Source of the DNA: Vicugna vicugna
Lineage: Eukaryota
Reading direction: 5' to 3'
Assembly (NCBI GenBank): GCA_013265495.1
Contig: MU061579.1
Location: 1,269,159 to 1,333,158 of the forward strand
Length of the DNA: 64,000 bases
Both the position numbers and the translations under genes were made by a program. Positions 39,774-51,925 of the stretch are shown in pieces. The notes below the pieces were generated by a model. It was not told the origin of the DNA, did not search any database, and saw nothing but the letters and a program-made list of their open reading frames with translations. The first letter of the stretch is position 1. Each line of letters begins with the position of its first letter.

Positions 39774-42022
39774 TCCCCAGTAATATATAAGAGAAATTAT
39801 TCATCCCAAATTGTCACTTTGAGTTTTTAAAAATATTCCTTTCCTTGGGCTTGTGTAAAATTTCACCCTTCCGGTGAAAATTATTCTTAATTCAATCATC
39901 TGATGCTCCAATTGTGCTTTCAAAGGTTATTTTAAATGGGTTCATTCTCCATTTGTCTGTGCTCATTTTGTTAACATTCTTTACACTCCTTCGAAAATGT
40001 GTTAGTTTGTGTTTACATTTCCTTCTTCCCTGAAAACAGTCAGGCAGTCATTAAGTCATCAAGGTTCTTTTCTTAAAATGTGGGTTATATTGTTCCATGT
40101 TTTTAGTTCTCATGACCATACTGTGAGGGGCCATCTTAAGTCATTCCTGAAACTTGACCTAGATTTGTCACCTATATAAGCCAAAATGCCTTCATGGTCT
40201 GCAGGCTCGTGCTCATCTTCAGACTGCTGAGTATCCATCTTTACAAAGCTCTGCTTGGATTGTTATAACTGTCTTACCAATGGTCTATGCCAGCTCTCTC
40301 TCCTTCTCTCTTTTTTTTTTAAATCCTACTGAACAAAGTAAAAATGTATTTTTCTAACTTACAGGATTATCTATAGTCTCAAAATTTCAGTCTTTTCTTT
40401 TAAATTATTCTCCATTTCAGCTGAAATGAAATATCTCTTTAAAAAAAAAAGTTTGTTTTCCACACTCATGGCATAGCTTACACAGTCATCTTCTATGTTT
40501 CTATACTTCAAGGTATGGTTTGTGAGTTAAGTCTTCCATGAAGCTCTACTCAAAATTTATAACAATTATGCCATTCTTTTCCATTGTAATCAACCCTTGA
40601 ATATCTTTTACTATACGCCCCTTGAAGGAAAATAATCTGATCTCTATATATTTGTTTACTTCCTACTGCTGAATACAGTGATTTCATAACATCAAGGCTC
40701 AATGTCAATATGTTTGATAACATCGAAAAAAACTTGTATGATTTATTTATGATACAAAGTTCCATATTTTATTTGCATGATTTGAAAAGCATAACATTTT
40801 ATTGTCTATTTTATAAATAACAACAACTTAAAAAATGCCTACGTGAGGCTTCCTTACCTGTTTTAGAACTGAATCATATCTACTTCCCTGAAAGTCTCCC
40901 TCTTTAAGAATATACACTTGCTGTGTGATCAGGACAAAATAATAATTAGCATTTGACAATTCTGCACTGAGACTTGGAGTCTCAAATATGCACCGAAGTA
41001 ATTTATAAGGCTTTTGATAAGGTGAACTGATGATTAGATGTAGGTTAAGTCCCAGCATAAACTTTCTCAAATTGTTCTACTAAATTCAAGGCACTGATTG
41101 AGAGAGGATTAAGTGGTGTTCAAGAACTACTTTGTAATCTGTAGGGTAACACAAGGGCTATTTCATTTCTTTATCCTACTTTCAAAAGCTATTTTAAGCA
41201 GGAAGTAGCTCACAAATCTATTTTATATTTTCTCCTTTGAGATTGTGTGACATTTAGGCATTGTAGGCACCTAAAGTAATCTTGTTATTTAAGACTAATT
41301 GGTTTTTACCCAAAATTAAATGAATAAGTAATTATCAGTTTGCATTATACTCAAAGACTGTTTATATTCTCAGAAAAAAAGATTTAACCATTATATAATT
41401 ATTTTTCCTGATTAATCACAATATTTACTTTTAATGGATTTCTGCAGAATAATGGGGCTCTCCAAGTCATCTTAATTATTGTAAAAATTAAGATTCATAG
41501 TCACAGGATTATTCCCTAACTTTTAAATTAGACATGGCATAAAGCCCTTCAAAATCTGTGCTGGCTAACTTCTTCAAATGAATGTTCCACAGATCCTCTC
41601 TTATCCCTTAAGGATGACTAAACACTCCTTTTCTCTGCATTCTCTCTGTGTTATTTCTGTGTGCCTTGTCATGTCTTCAAATGCTTGCATGTACTTTGTC
41701 CTCTATTTCCTCTACCTGGAAGGCTTTTTATTTGGGAGATTTCTCTTTGAGTTGTTGCCTAAATTCAAAATTTTTTAAGAAAAAAGAACATATAGAACTT
41801 ACATTATATATCTTTGACAATCCAGAATATGATATTTTGCCAAGAAACATAAAAAGCATTTAATAAATACTTGCTGGTTGAACTGATTGGGAGGAAAGGG
41901 ACTCCTTCTGCTAAAAATTGTTGTCTAAAAGTTTAAAAGTTATAACAAGACATAAAGGTTACTATCACGAGTACAACTGGGAAGGGCTCAGAATATTTTT
42001 TTCAGTGTGTCCTACTTCTTTG

Positions 42023-42054
42023 TTTTATATATATATATGTATATATATAAAAGC

Positions 42055-42101
<47 letters not shown>

Positions 42102-42104
42102 CTT
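42023..42104. repeat. (TA)n microsatellite pair
   Basis: Interrupted (TA)n at 42026-42049 and perfect (TA)21 at 42059-42100. Confidence 0.97.
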
Positions 42105-42566
42105 CTACTTTGAGGTAGAAAGGCAGCAGCATACCTGTTCATTTCCCACTCTACAGTGCTCCTTTGATGAATTTTAGAGAGTTTAATGTCCAAATAATGA
42201 ATTCATGATCTAAATTTAAATGAAGCAAAATTACTACAAGTGGGATATGTTTTAGCCAACCAAGTTATCTTACATTAATTATATTTAATTTTTTCTTTAA
42301 TTTCTAGAGCAATAGATAACATGCTAACTCTGGAGTCTAAACGTTTATATTTTAACATTATCATCTGCCTTGGGTGTGTTTCCTTTGGCTTTACTCTTTT
42401 CTATAAGGGATATAATTTCCTCTCTACAGGAAGTCTGGAGTATGAAGTGATGATGATTTGACACATAGAAGAGATGTTTTCTTTTTTTTTTTTTGAATTT
42501 CATATGTAGTAACTTTTCCTACCCTTTCTTTCTATCTACATGTATCCTTTTTTCCCCTTTATTATT

Positions 42567-42655
42567 ATTTTTTTTTATTGAGGCACAACTTACACTTGAT
42601 AACACACACAAATCTTAACTGCACAGCCCAAAGAATTTTATGTATGCAAACTTGT
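42567..42655 (-). mobile_element. Short old L1 3' terminus
   Basis: ttttttattgaggcacaacttaca...acacacaaatcttaactgcacagc. Confidence 0.65.
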
Positions 42656-42994
42656 GTCCTTTTGAAGGCATTTTAAAGTAAGTGAAATATTAAGTAGTAC
42701 ATATATGATAAATCTTTTCTGTGAGGTCTTTTCTGAACTAGATTGTCCTAATTCTCTGTGATTCATTGCTGAACTTTTGGGGCTTGTGTTAAGTATAATT
42801 GGTTTACATATCCATCAGCATAGTGCCTGATGCACAGCAAACATTGACTAAATGTAAATATTAAGAAAATGAATGAATGAGTGAATAAACTAAATATCAG
42901 TTTAAGCAAAGAGGTAAGAGGAAATCACTTCAAATACAGCTGAGCAATTAGAAATAAGCAAATTATTTACCGTGCATTCAGAAAGTTTGACTAT

Positions 42995-43830
42995 TGTATC
43001 AGTCAGTGTCCAATAAGGAAATAGAAATCTCGTGGTAATTTGCATGGAGAAAGTTTAATATAAAAGACTTTCACTGCTAAAGAGAGTAAAATGTATTGGC
43101 CAGTAAGAAGTAAAGAGAAATCTAATGTATATAGGCATAGCATATAGAAAGCCACCAATACCAGAGCTGAGATAGAGTTCCCAAGGAGGACTGTACATCT
43201 CTGACTCACTGAGTGGCAGAGAAGTCACTGTGGTGTTGCACTGGGGCACTGGCTGGTAATGTATTCTCTAGATGCTGGGAAAAACTGTTCTAGGGAAGAT
43301 GTTTTATCAGAGGCATTTAGCTAGGAGACCACTGGAGCGGGATTCTATGGGAAGCTACGGCACCTGGGTACAGGTACCTGCCATGTGCTGCAGTAGTCTG
43401 ACACTAGAGAGGCTGTGTGCACTACAGAAGCTAGGTCGTGCCATGTCTCCTACATGAACGAGCCTGGCACTGGGGAAACCAAGGCGCTATAGCAGGCTGT
43501 CTCTCAGGAGCCACCTGTGCTACAGAAAGAAGTCTGGAACTAAAGAACCTGCCTATATTTCAGAAACCTAGCCCCAGAAAAGCTGCCCACACTGCAGGAA
43601 TCAGACACTGGAGAAGCCATGTGACTGGAGGCGCTGATGGCAAGGAGCACACCAGACAAGGGAATAAAACCCTTCCGCTTGCAATGTCTCCCTATGCTTG
43701 CTCCTGACAAAGATGGCCGTCATGCCAGTTAGCAAAAAACAAATATTAATAGGGTCCAGCTCCATTTTCACAGTGCAGGCAATGAAGTTCAAGTTTGGAG
43801 CTGAGAGGCAATAATTTAATAACTGGCACT
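42995..43830 (-). mobile_element. ERVL solo LTR, LTR40/LTR41-like
   Basis: Starts tgtatcagtcagtgtccaataaggaaatagaaa and ends ccagctccattttcacag...ttggagctgagaggcaataatttaataactggcac. Higher GC than the flanks. Confidence 0.8.
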
Positions 43831-45399
43831 CTCTGTGAATGAAGTGGGGAGGAATAGCAAGAAAGTTGAAGAGAATGCACTCAATAACTAGAGAAGTTAT
43901 TTGTTTTATAGAAATCAAAATGCTTAAGAAAAAAAGAAATGAGATAAGAAAGAAAGTTACATGGCATGAGATGGAAAATAAATGACAATGAAATCATAAA
44001 CACAAGAGCAGATGAAGATATCGGGAACAAAACATTAAAAGGTATATACTTTTATCTTTTGTTTGTAATATAATTATAAAGTAATTTTTCTACCAAGAGG
44101 ATTGCCTTTCCATATTTATGTTCCTATATGTGTGTATTCTTCCTAAAGCACTGTTATTGGAATACAAGTTTTAGAGTAGTTTCAGATTTTAAATTGGAAA
44201 CATGTAGAGGAGGCATATCACTACACCAATATAGACTTTTAAGAAATCACAATATTTAAAATTCTAAATATATTTATAAAATTCTTATTTACCAGATAAA
44301 GTTCACAGCTTTAGAAATGTCCAACATTAGTTAAGTGTTATTATTCCTAAATAGTATAGTCAACACACTAATATAATAATAATGGTTAGATAATCAGGAC
44401 TATTTGATCTGAAATATTATGACTCACTCTGAAATATGTGAAAAGTTATGCATTATAAAAATAATTTTTCTTTATCATGGCAAATATCACAAATGTATTT
44501 TAAGAGGATTTATATATTATTGAATTGGATTCAGTATGTATTCACTAACAAAGCAAAATTACACAACCCATAACTTGGCAGGAAATTCTCCTCTAAGAAC
44601 TTAACATATAGGGTTTTAAAAATTATTAGAATTTCTCTTCAACCACGTTTAAAACATGCCTTAAAGAGATGACTAATTCTTGACATCTCTCATTAATGCA
44701 GTCTACAGCTCCTCAGAATGGATACATTTTTTTATTTTTTAGTGGGAAATGCTAGCAAGTCTAATTTTAATCTCATTGATTTATTTTTTCATTTTGTGAT
44801 TTTTTTTCTTCTCCCCATACAGATTACTTCCAATTAGATCCCAGTCAAAAGGAGATTGCATCAAGGGCATCTGCATGAAAAAATCAAATAAGCATTTTAA
44901 TGGCATAACATTTGAAATTTATGCTACCCAAGTTAAATTTTTTTAATTGAAAAGAAAATATATCTATAGGTATATTTATACATTACTAGTGTTTAAAACA
45001 TATCATAGATATAATATTTATAGAAATTTACCTAATAAATTAATAATAGTAATGATTATTTTTATTGTTATCCAATAAATGTAGAGTATGTTGTTTGGGA
45101 ATAAATCCATTGACCACTGTCACACTCTTGAAATAATTCACAAGAAACTAATAATTTAGTAAAAACGTAAAAGAACTATGTTGCTTGAATCTTTTATAAA
45201 TGCTTATATTAAATGAGTATTTTTAAAAATAAAGTAAAATAACATAGAGAAGTAATAGTAAAGCTAAAGCAGTTACATTTTGGTTTCTGTATTATATTGT
45301 TTAGGTAGATTGACAAATTAAATAAAATGTAATGTTTGATATGGCCCCATAGGAAGGATATGAACTAGAACAGAAGCCTTATTTGTTACTGAAAGTGAT

Positions 45400-46450
45400 A
45401 GGATGGTGTCTCTTAGAGTCACAGTCACCGCTGGCTTCAGAAACATAATTTTGTTGAAGAGGAAGACTGCTGTTTTTATCCTTACTTGACAAGAAAATGT
45501 GAGCAATGATTTTGTCACAAATATAAATCGGGCTGCCCCAGTTACAAACACACACTCATTTTCTGTTTGTGGCAAAAACTAATGGAGCCCATTATTGAAA
45601 TGTATTATTTGCAATGTACCAGTGTAAGGATCCTGTGATTATTTGCCTTCTGCAGTCATTTTGCATTTTATTCTTTTAGGGCTCTTTCTGATCGTGTCAG
45701 ATTTATGGTAAAGTATTCATCAATCAAATTGGCATTGCTTTTAGTCACATTTAGGGGGGAAAATGGTTGAATTTAATCAACGAATGCACATGTTTTACTC
45801 CTGTAACTGTAGTCCCCACTGCAGTTTTAATAGCTTACTTCAGACATTTTCAGAAGATAATCATTATTTATATAAATGCATTTGAATGCTGTTGCCTATT
45901 AGCACTTGAAATGAGAAGAAGGATGCACAAGGATCTTCCAGAAGTTTGGCATGCCAGCACTGGTACAGCTGCTACTTAGAGCTGTCCTCAAATAGTGGAC
46001 TACTTGACTTTGCTGCCAATTGGATTTGCTTAACTGTTATTCCGCTTTAGCCAAAGGCACAGAATGTAGAAAATCTATATCTAAGAGCTTTGGCAGAAGC
46101 TTAGCTATTTATCATTTGTGTGAGGCTCAAGTAAGCCAGGTGTAGCGTTTATTTTAATGAAGCCAATACCGAAAAGGGAGTGCAGGATAGCAACATAAAG
46201 CATCATTCACTTACTTTACCCCTTGTTTGCAGTTGCTAGAATTTGTAATTTCCTAGCCTATAAAATGGTCTGAGCTTTAATTCATTGTCACAAAGACTCA
46301 GAAGAAGCCACTTCTAATTAGGCATCACTTACACTATATTGTTTTTTGTTTGTTTGTTTAATATAAAGCTTCCTTTAAGGAAAAAAAGGCCACATTTTCT
46401 GATCCACACAATGCGCAAAGCCACAAGATCAAACAGTATATATTTTATTC
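45400..46450. promoter_or_regulatory. Candidate conserved non-coding element or enhancer
   Basis: About 1 kb with no recognisable repeat. MEIS (tgtcag, 45695), PBX-HOX-like (agatttatgg, 45699) and PBX-HOX (catcaatca = rc TGATTGATG, 45718) motifs lie within about 32 bp. Confidence 0.4.
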
Positions 46451-46585
46451 TAAAGAAAAAAGATAATAGAAGTTAAGGTGCAGTCTAAACAGACTGTGTA
46501 TTTTGACTCTGGAATCAGAATAAATATGGCAGTGATCTGGGAGGTAATTTCAAAGTCCCTTAACTTCCTTTAAGTATACAGTGTT

Positions 46586-46839
46586 CTTTTTTTTTAACAT
46601 TTTTTATTGATTTATAATCATTTTACAATGTTGGGTCAAATTCCAGTGTTCAGCACAATTTTTCAGTCATTCATGGACATATACACACTAATTGTCACAT
46701 TTTTTTCTCTGTGATTTATCATAACATTTTGTGTATATTTCCCTGTGCTATACAGTGTAATCTTGTTTATCTATTCTACAATTTTGAAATCCCAGTCTAT
46801 CCCTTCCCACCCTCTACCCCCCTGGTAACCACAAGTCTG
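46586..46839 (-). mobile_element. Young LINE-1 3' end (254 bp, 5'-truncated)
   Basis: Poly(T) at the left end. Perfect 16-bp TSD ttaagtatacagtgtt (46570-46585 / 46840-46855). Confidence 0.95.
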
Positions 46840-47817
46840 TTAAGTATACAGTGTTTGGTATGACTTCAGTTCTCATAAATATTTCTAAGTTCCAGTATTC
46901 AGAAAGGTATGGTTAGGCTTCAAGGTGACAAGCAATAATGCTGATTAAGATAAAGATGATCAGACGGACTTTCGTGTTACTGAAAGAATTCTTGAGCTTT
47001 TTTATGTGATGCAGTAAAATTACTGAGAAACAATTTGATCCTTCTTCATCTTGATTTTAAGATTTTTTTTTTATTTGAGGCACCGCCAGTACTCTATCTG
47101 GAGTTAATTAATCCTCACTACTTAAGTAAGACCTTCCTAAGTGTGCTACCAAGGCCCCAAAGATCGATGCTTTCTGCCCTGGTTGGAGAGACTACACACT
47201 GTACTCCACACACTTCACCTGTGAAGGCAGAACACTGTTCAACCTAGCCCTTTCAAGTATGTGTTTCCTTGAATCAATATTTCTTCATACACGTGCACTT
47301 AACAAGTTCTCATCTGAACACTGAATAGCTGTAACACATCTCTGAATTCCTCCCTGTGCTACTCACTCCTCATTGGTAATTTGTCCCTCAAAGCTTAGCT
47401 TCTTTTTTTCCCCCTTGGAATGACAACTCAATGCCCTCAACGAGGTAGTCTAATGGGGCTCCCCTCAGTTCACCTTTCTAAACTATGGCCTTAAATTGTC
47501 ATAAGACACTAAACTTGGGCAAGAGTAAAACTCACATTTTCCTTACTTCTAGTGTTTATGATTTTTTTGTTTTCTAAAATCCAGTATTTTGAAATTTGTT
47601 TTCCAATTATCCCATCAAACTGTTGATCACTTTCAGTGTGAGGACAAATCCAGTCCCCACTATTATCACTCCATCTTGCCCTGAGAAATTTAGCCAACTT
47701 GGCTTCCAGACATTCTCCTGAGTCTCCTGAATTGAGGAAGGCCACCAGGCTCTGATTGTTTCCCCCATGTTATGTGCCTGTAAACCATTATCATGAAGTT
47801 ATCTGGAGCAATATAGG

Positions 47818-49265
47818 TGCATTCACCAGGATTGGCCAGAGATAGAAATTTACTTTAAAGAATTGGCTTCCGCACTGTGGAGGCTTTGGTAAATGCAAAT
47901 CCTTCAAGGTAGGTTAGCAGGCTGGAGACTCAGAAAAGGATTGCAGCTTGTGTCTAGACAGTCTATAAACCAAACAAAAAGACAACCTACAGACAGGGAA
48001 AAAATATTTGCAAATGATGCAACAGACAGGGGCTTAATTTCCAGAATATATAAACATCATATACAACTTAATAACAAACAACAAACAACCCTATCCAAAA
48101 ATGGGCTGAAGACCTAAACAAGCATTTCTGCAATGAAGACATACAAATGATCAGTAGGCACATGAAAAAAATGCCCAATATCACTACTTATCAGAGAAAT
48201 GCAAAACAAAACTACAATGAGGTATCACCTCATACCAGTCAGAATGGCCATCAATAAAAAGTGCACAGATGATAAATGCTGGAGAGGGTGTGGAGAAAAA
48301 GGAACTTCTTACACTGTTAGTAAGAACTTAGTTTGGTGCAGCTGCTATGGAAAATAGTATGGAGATTTAAAAAAACTAAACTAAACTAAAAATAGGTTTA
48401 CTCTATAATCCAGCAATCCCACTTCCACTTCAGGGCATATTAACGAGAGGAAGCTCTAATTCAAAAAGATACATACACTCCAATGTTCATAGCAGCACTA
48501 TTAACAAGAAGTTGTAGTATATGTACACACACACACACATACACCCCACAATGGAATACTACTCGGCCATAAAAAATAAAATAATGCCATTTGCAGCAAC
48601 ATGGATGGACTTAGAGATTGTCATTCTAAGTGAATTAAGCCAGAAAGAGAAAGAAAAATACTTTATGATATAATTTATAGGCGGAATCTAAAAAATAATG
48701 ACACAAATAAACTTATTTACAAAACAGAAACAGACTCACAAACATAGAATTATGGTTACCAGAGAGGGGAGGGGGTGAAAAGGGATAAATTGGGAGTTCG
48801 AGATTTGCAGGTACTAACTACTATGTATAAAACATATAAAGAAGTTTCTACTGTACAGCACAGAGAACTATATTCAATATCTTGTAGTAACCTATAATGA
48901 AAAAGACTATGAAAAGGAATATAGGTATGTACATGTATGACTGAAACATTAGGCTGTACATGAGAAATTGACACATTGTAAACTGACTATATTTCAATAA
49001 AAAATAAAATTAAATTAAATTTAAAAAAAGAGTTTGCTGGCATAATTTCTTGTTCAAGGAAGGCCAGTCTGTGTCTACTAAGGCCCTTAACTGATTGCAT
49101 GAGGCCCACCAATATTACGGAGGGTAATCCACTTTACTCAATGTCCATAAATTTAAACTTCAATTTCATTCAAAAGTACCTTAATGGAGACTTCTAGAAT
49201 AATGTTGGACCAAATATCTGCAAATAATGGCCCAGTCAATTTGGCACATGAAATAAATCATCACA
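47818..49265 (-). mobile_element. MLT2-family LTR split by an L1 (pieces about 47818-47964 and 49030-49265)
   Basis: Left piece gaattggcttcc...gcaggctggagactcag; right piece ttaactgattgcatgaggcccacc...gaccaaatatctg...catcaca. Colinear with the copy at 30670-31079. Confidence 0.85.
47965..49029 (+). mobile_element. 5'-truncated LINE-1 (ORF2 C-terminus plus 3' UTR)
   Basis: ORF track reads [26 protein letters not shown]. 3' UTR is homologous to the element at 1638-3603. A-rich tail. Confidence 0.95.
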
Positions 49266-49340
49266 GTAGGGTTCGTGTGGTTTGCTTTCCAACTCTCAGG
49301 GGTCGTTGTCTTTTGATAACCACTTTAAAATAGATTTTGT

Positions 49341-49476
49341 ACACAGGGAGTATAGCCAATATTTTATAACTTTAGATGGAGTAGAATCTATAAAAATAAA
49401 AAAAATAAAAGGATCACTATGTTGTACATCTGAAAGTAGTATAATATTGTAAATCAATTGTACTTTAATAAAAGAT
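49341..49476 (+). mobile_element. Short older L1 3' terminus
   Basis: tcactatgttgtacatctgaaa...taatattgtaaatcaa...aataaaa. TSD aaaatagattttgt (49327-49340) / aaaatacattttgt (49477-49490) at a ttt|aaaa site. Confidence 0.85.
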
Positions 49477-50660
49477 AAAATACATTTTGTGTGACTTTTT
49501 CTTTTAGTTTTTTAGTGTTTTGTAGTAATGCATAAAATGTTCTTTTTATTAGAGAAAAACCTAACTAACCTCGTATGCAATTAGTTATATTTAGAGGGCT
49601 TTGTATCAAATCTACAAATGTAGTTCTTGGTTACATTGGAACCTCCTTGCCCCACCTCCCTATTAGAAATATGTAATTTAAAAAGTCATAGCTGTTAAGA
49701 GAAATAGACAAACAACCAGGAAAGCTAAAATTATCTGCAGCCTCATTTGAGGAAAAAAGAAGTGAATAGGATAATGTTACATCAAAACAAAATCACTGAT
49801 CTAAATATAGAAATGTAATGAATGTAATTTCTCCTTCTTTAAGAAAATCTCCATCAACAATCTCTCCCTTTCACTTTTCAATGAAGTGTTGCTTGCAGTT
49901 AATGTATCTTTCCAAGAAAAACATTCCAGATTTTAATATAAAAAAGTAGTATTGTATAGTCTTACCATAATAATTTTCTTTTATAACCAGATTGTACTTC
50001 AATACTTCATCTTTGATCATAAAAACACAACTATATAATAGAGTTAATAATGTAAATTAATTTTAATACATAATTACGTGTATAATGGCTCACTGAATAA
50101 AAGTTAAGTATAAATTATTGCAGTAGAACCTAAAAATATTAACTTATCACAATGTCTTTACTAATTTTAGCATCATTGTTATTTTTCAAGATAATTATAT
50201 GTATGAAGGTTCTATTTTGTTTCTCATTTCTCACTCACTTGAAAAGTAAAATGATTATTTAAAACCTCTGAAGAATAAAATCCATTGTTGATAGAACAAA
50301 TTCAAACTTCATTACCAAAATTTGTGTGACGGCAGAAGGATATAATCACTAATTTCCATCATTACCGCCAGCTTCATCAGACATGGGGACTGTCATCACA
50401 GGGGATGGAATGAAGGAGAAAACAAGGCGATCTGAATCAGAGAATTTTTTCCTGGGGTGAAATTACTGAGACATCATTAAAGGAATGTCCATTATTCGTC
50501 TATATCTCATATTTAATTATCACAAGAACCTCATCAAGTTGTCGTTTCTCCCATGATAAAATAAGAATTTGAAACCAGGACGCTTGGCTCTGAAATCTGT
50601 GTTTCTGTTACTATTACGCAGAGCCAAGCTGATTGATACTTTCTTTCTACCCAATAGTTG

Positions 50661-50709
50661 TGATTTTATTCATCTGATTTTATTCATCTGATTATTTTAT
50701 TCATCTGAT
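50661..50709. repeat. 14-bp minisatellite, about 3 copies
   Basis: tgattttattcatc repeated; the third copy carries a 3-bp insertion. Confidence 0.9.
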
Positions 50710-51744
50710 AGGGGATTCTTGTTCTCCTCTGGATCTGAGGTTTTTGTTACAGAGTTTGGGCATGAGATGTGATTAAAGAAGAGTTATAATACAATGCTGG
50801 CTTAATTTCATCGTATTATTACACTATTTTTTTCTAAAACCACTGCCAGAATGCTACATATGGTGAATGGTAACATCAGGAATAGGAATAAATATTTCAA
50901 ATAATTTTATTTTGATTTCTATCTGAATAACTGAATTAATAAATCATTTTCAAGTAATTTCTTGAATAATAAATTTATTTCTTGAAAATAAGTAGCATTT
51001 TCAAATACTTTCTCTTGAAATTTGCTTCAGGCTTTGTCTAAGAATACTTTGATGCTTTGTCTTCTCTTTATAACCTTCTTTCTCATCCTAATTAACCATA
51101 GAATGGAAATAACATTTTATAATTTTTATTTTTATTACCATTATTTTAAGTATTTACTCATATTGCTGACCTTGTTTTTAATGTAAATGTGAATCAGATG
51201 AATGTATTTTTTATTTTCAAACATTAAGAAATCCTTAAATGCATTCATAAATTTCAGTCATATCATACATGTTTCTCATTGTTTACTCTGTTATTCATTC
51301 ATTGATTCAGCAAATAATAATTGAACAACCACTATATGCGACAGCAGTTGAAGACACCTCCCAACTGTGTAGGGCAAGGATGGGATGGACTGAGCTTAAG
51401 GTGTAAAGTACAGAGGATCAAGGTTGATCTGGGAGATTGGGGCTTCTTACTCTGCCTGATAAAGGTTAAGGATGCAAGGAAAACAGTTCTGTTTTTCTCA
51501 AAGCTGATAGTGGTGGAGAAGCCCAGAGTGGTAGGGGTAAGGAGCAGGCTTTTAAAAAAGAGGGCCAAACTTCTGATTCCAGATACCTTCCCATGACTCC
51601 TGAAAGTGTCAATTAAATGTTATGCCTCCTCTTCTTTGGCAAAACTCGTCAGCAAGTCAGATCACTCACGTTTCAGTGTTTTGTTTCTTTCTAAATCACA
51701 TTAATGGAGTTCTCTTTACTGGAAATAAGACTTACAAATTAAGT

Positions 51745-51925
51745 AAACTTAGACAAATTACTCAAGCTTTCTAGACCTCAGTTTTTTTTATCTTAAACTA
51801 AGTATAGTAATATCACATAGTTAATATATTTATTGTGTGGTTTAAATTAATTAATTCAAGTAAACACCTAGAACATTTTCTGACATACTGAAAGTGTACA
51901 TTCAATAAATATGAGTTACTACTAC
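51745..51925 (+). mobile_element. MIR
   Basis: cttagacaaattactcaagctttctagacctcagtttttt...taaacacctagaaca...ttcaataaatatgagttact. Confidence 0.75.

Noticed and set aside
45680..45707. 28-nt possible micro-exon (ttttag|...atg|gtaaag)
   Set aside because: Weak donor and frame-shifting length; the overlapping TF motifs explain the sequence at least as well.
50661..50709. Short direct repeats as a CRISPR-like array (also 4043-4114 and 23983-24087)
   Set aside because: These are head-to-tail duplications without unique spacers, in mammalian DNA with no cas genes.
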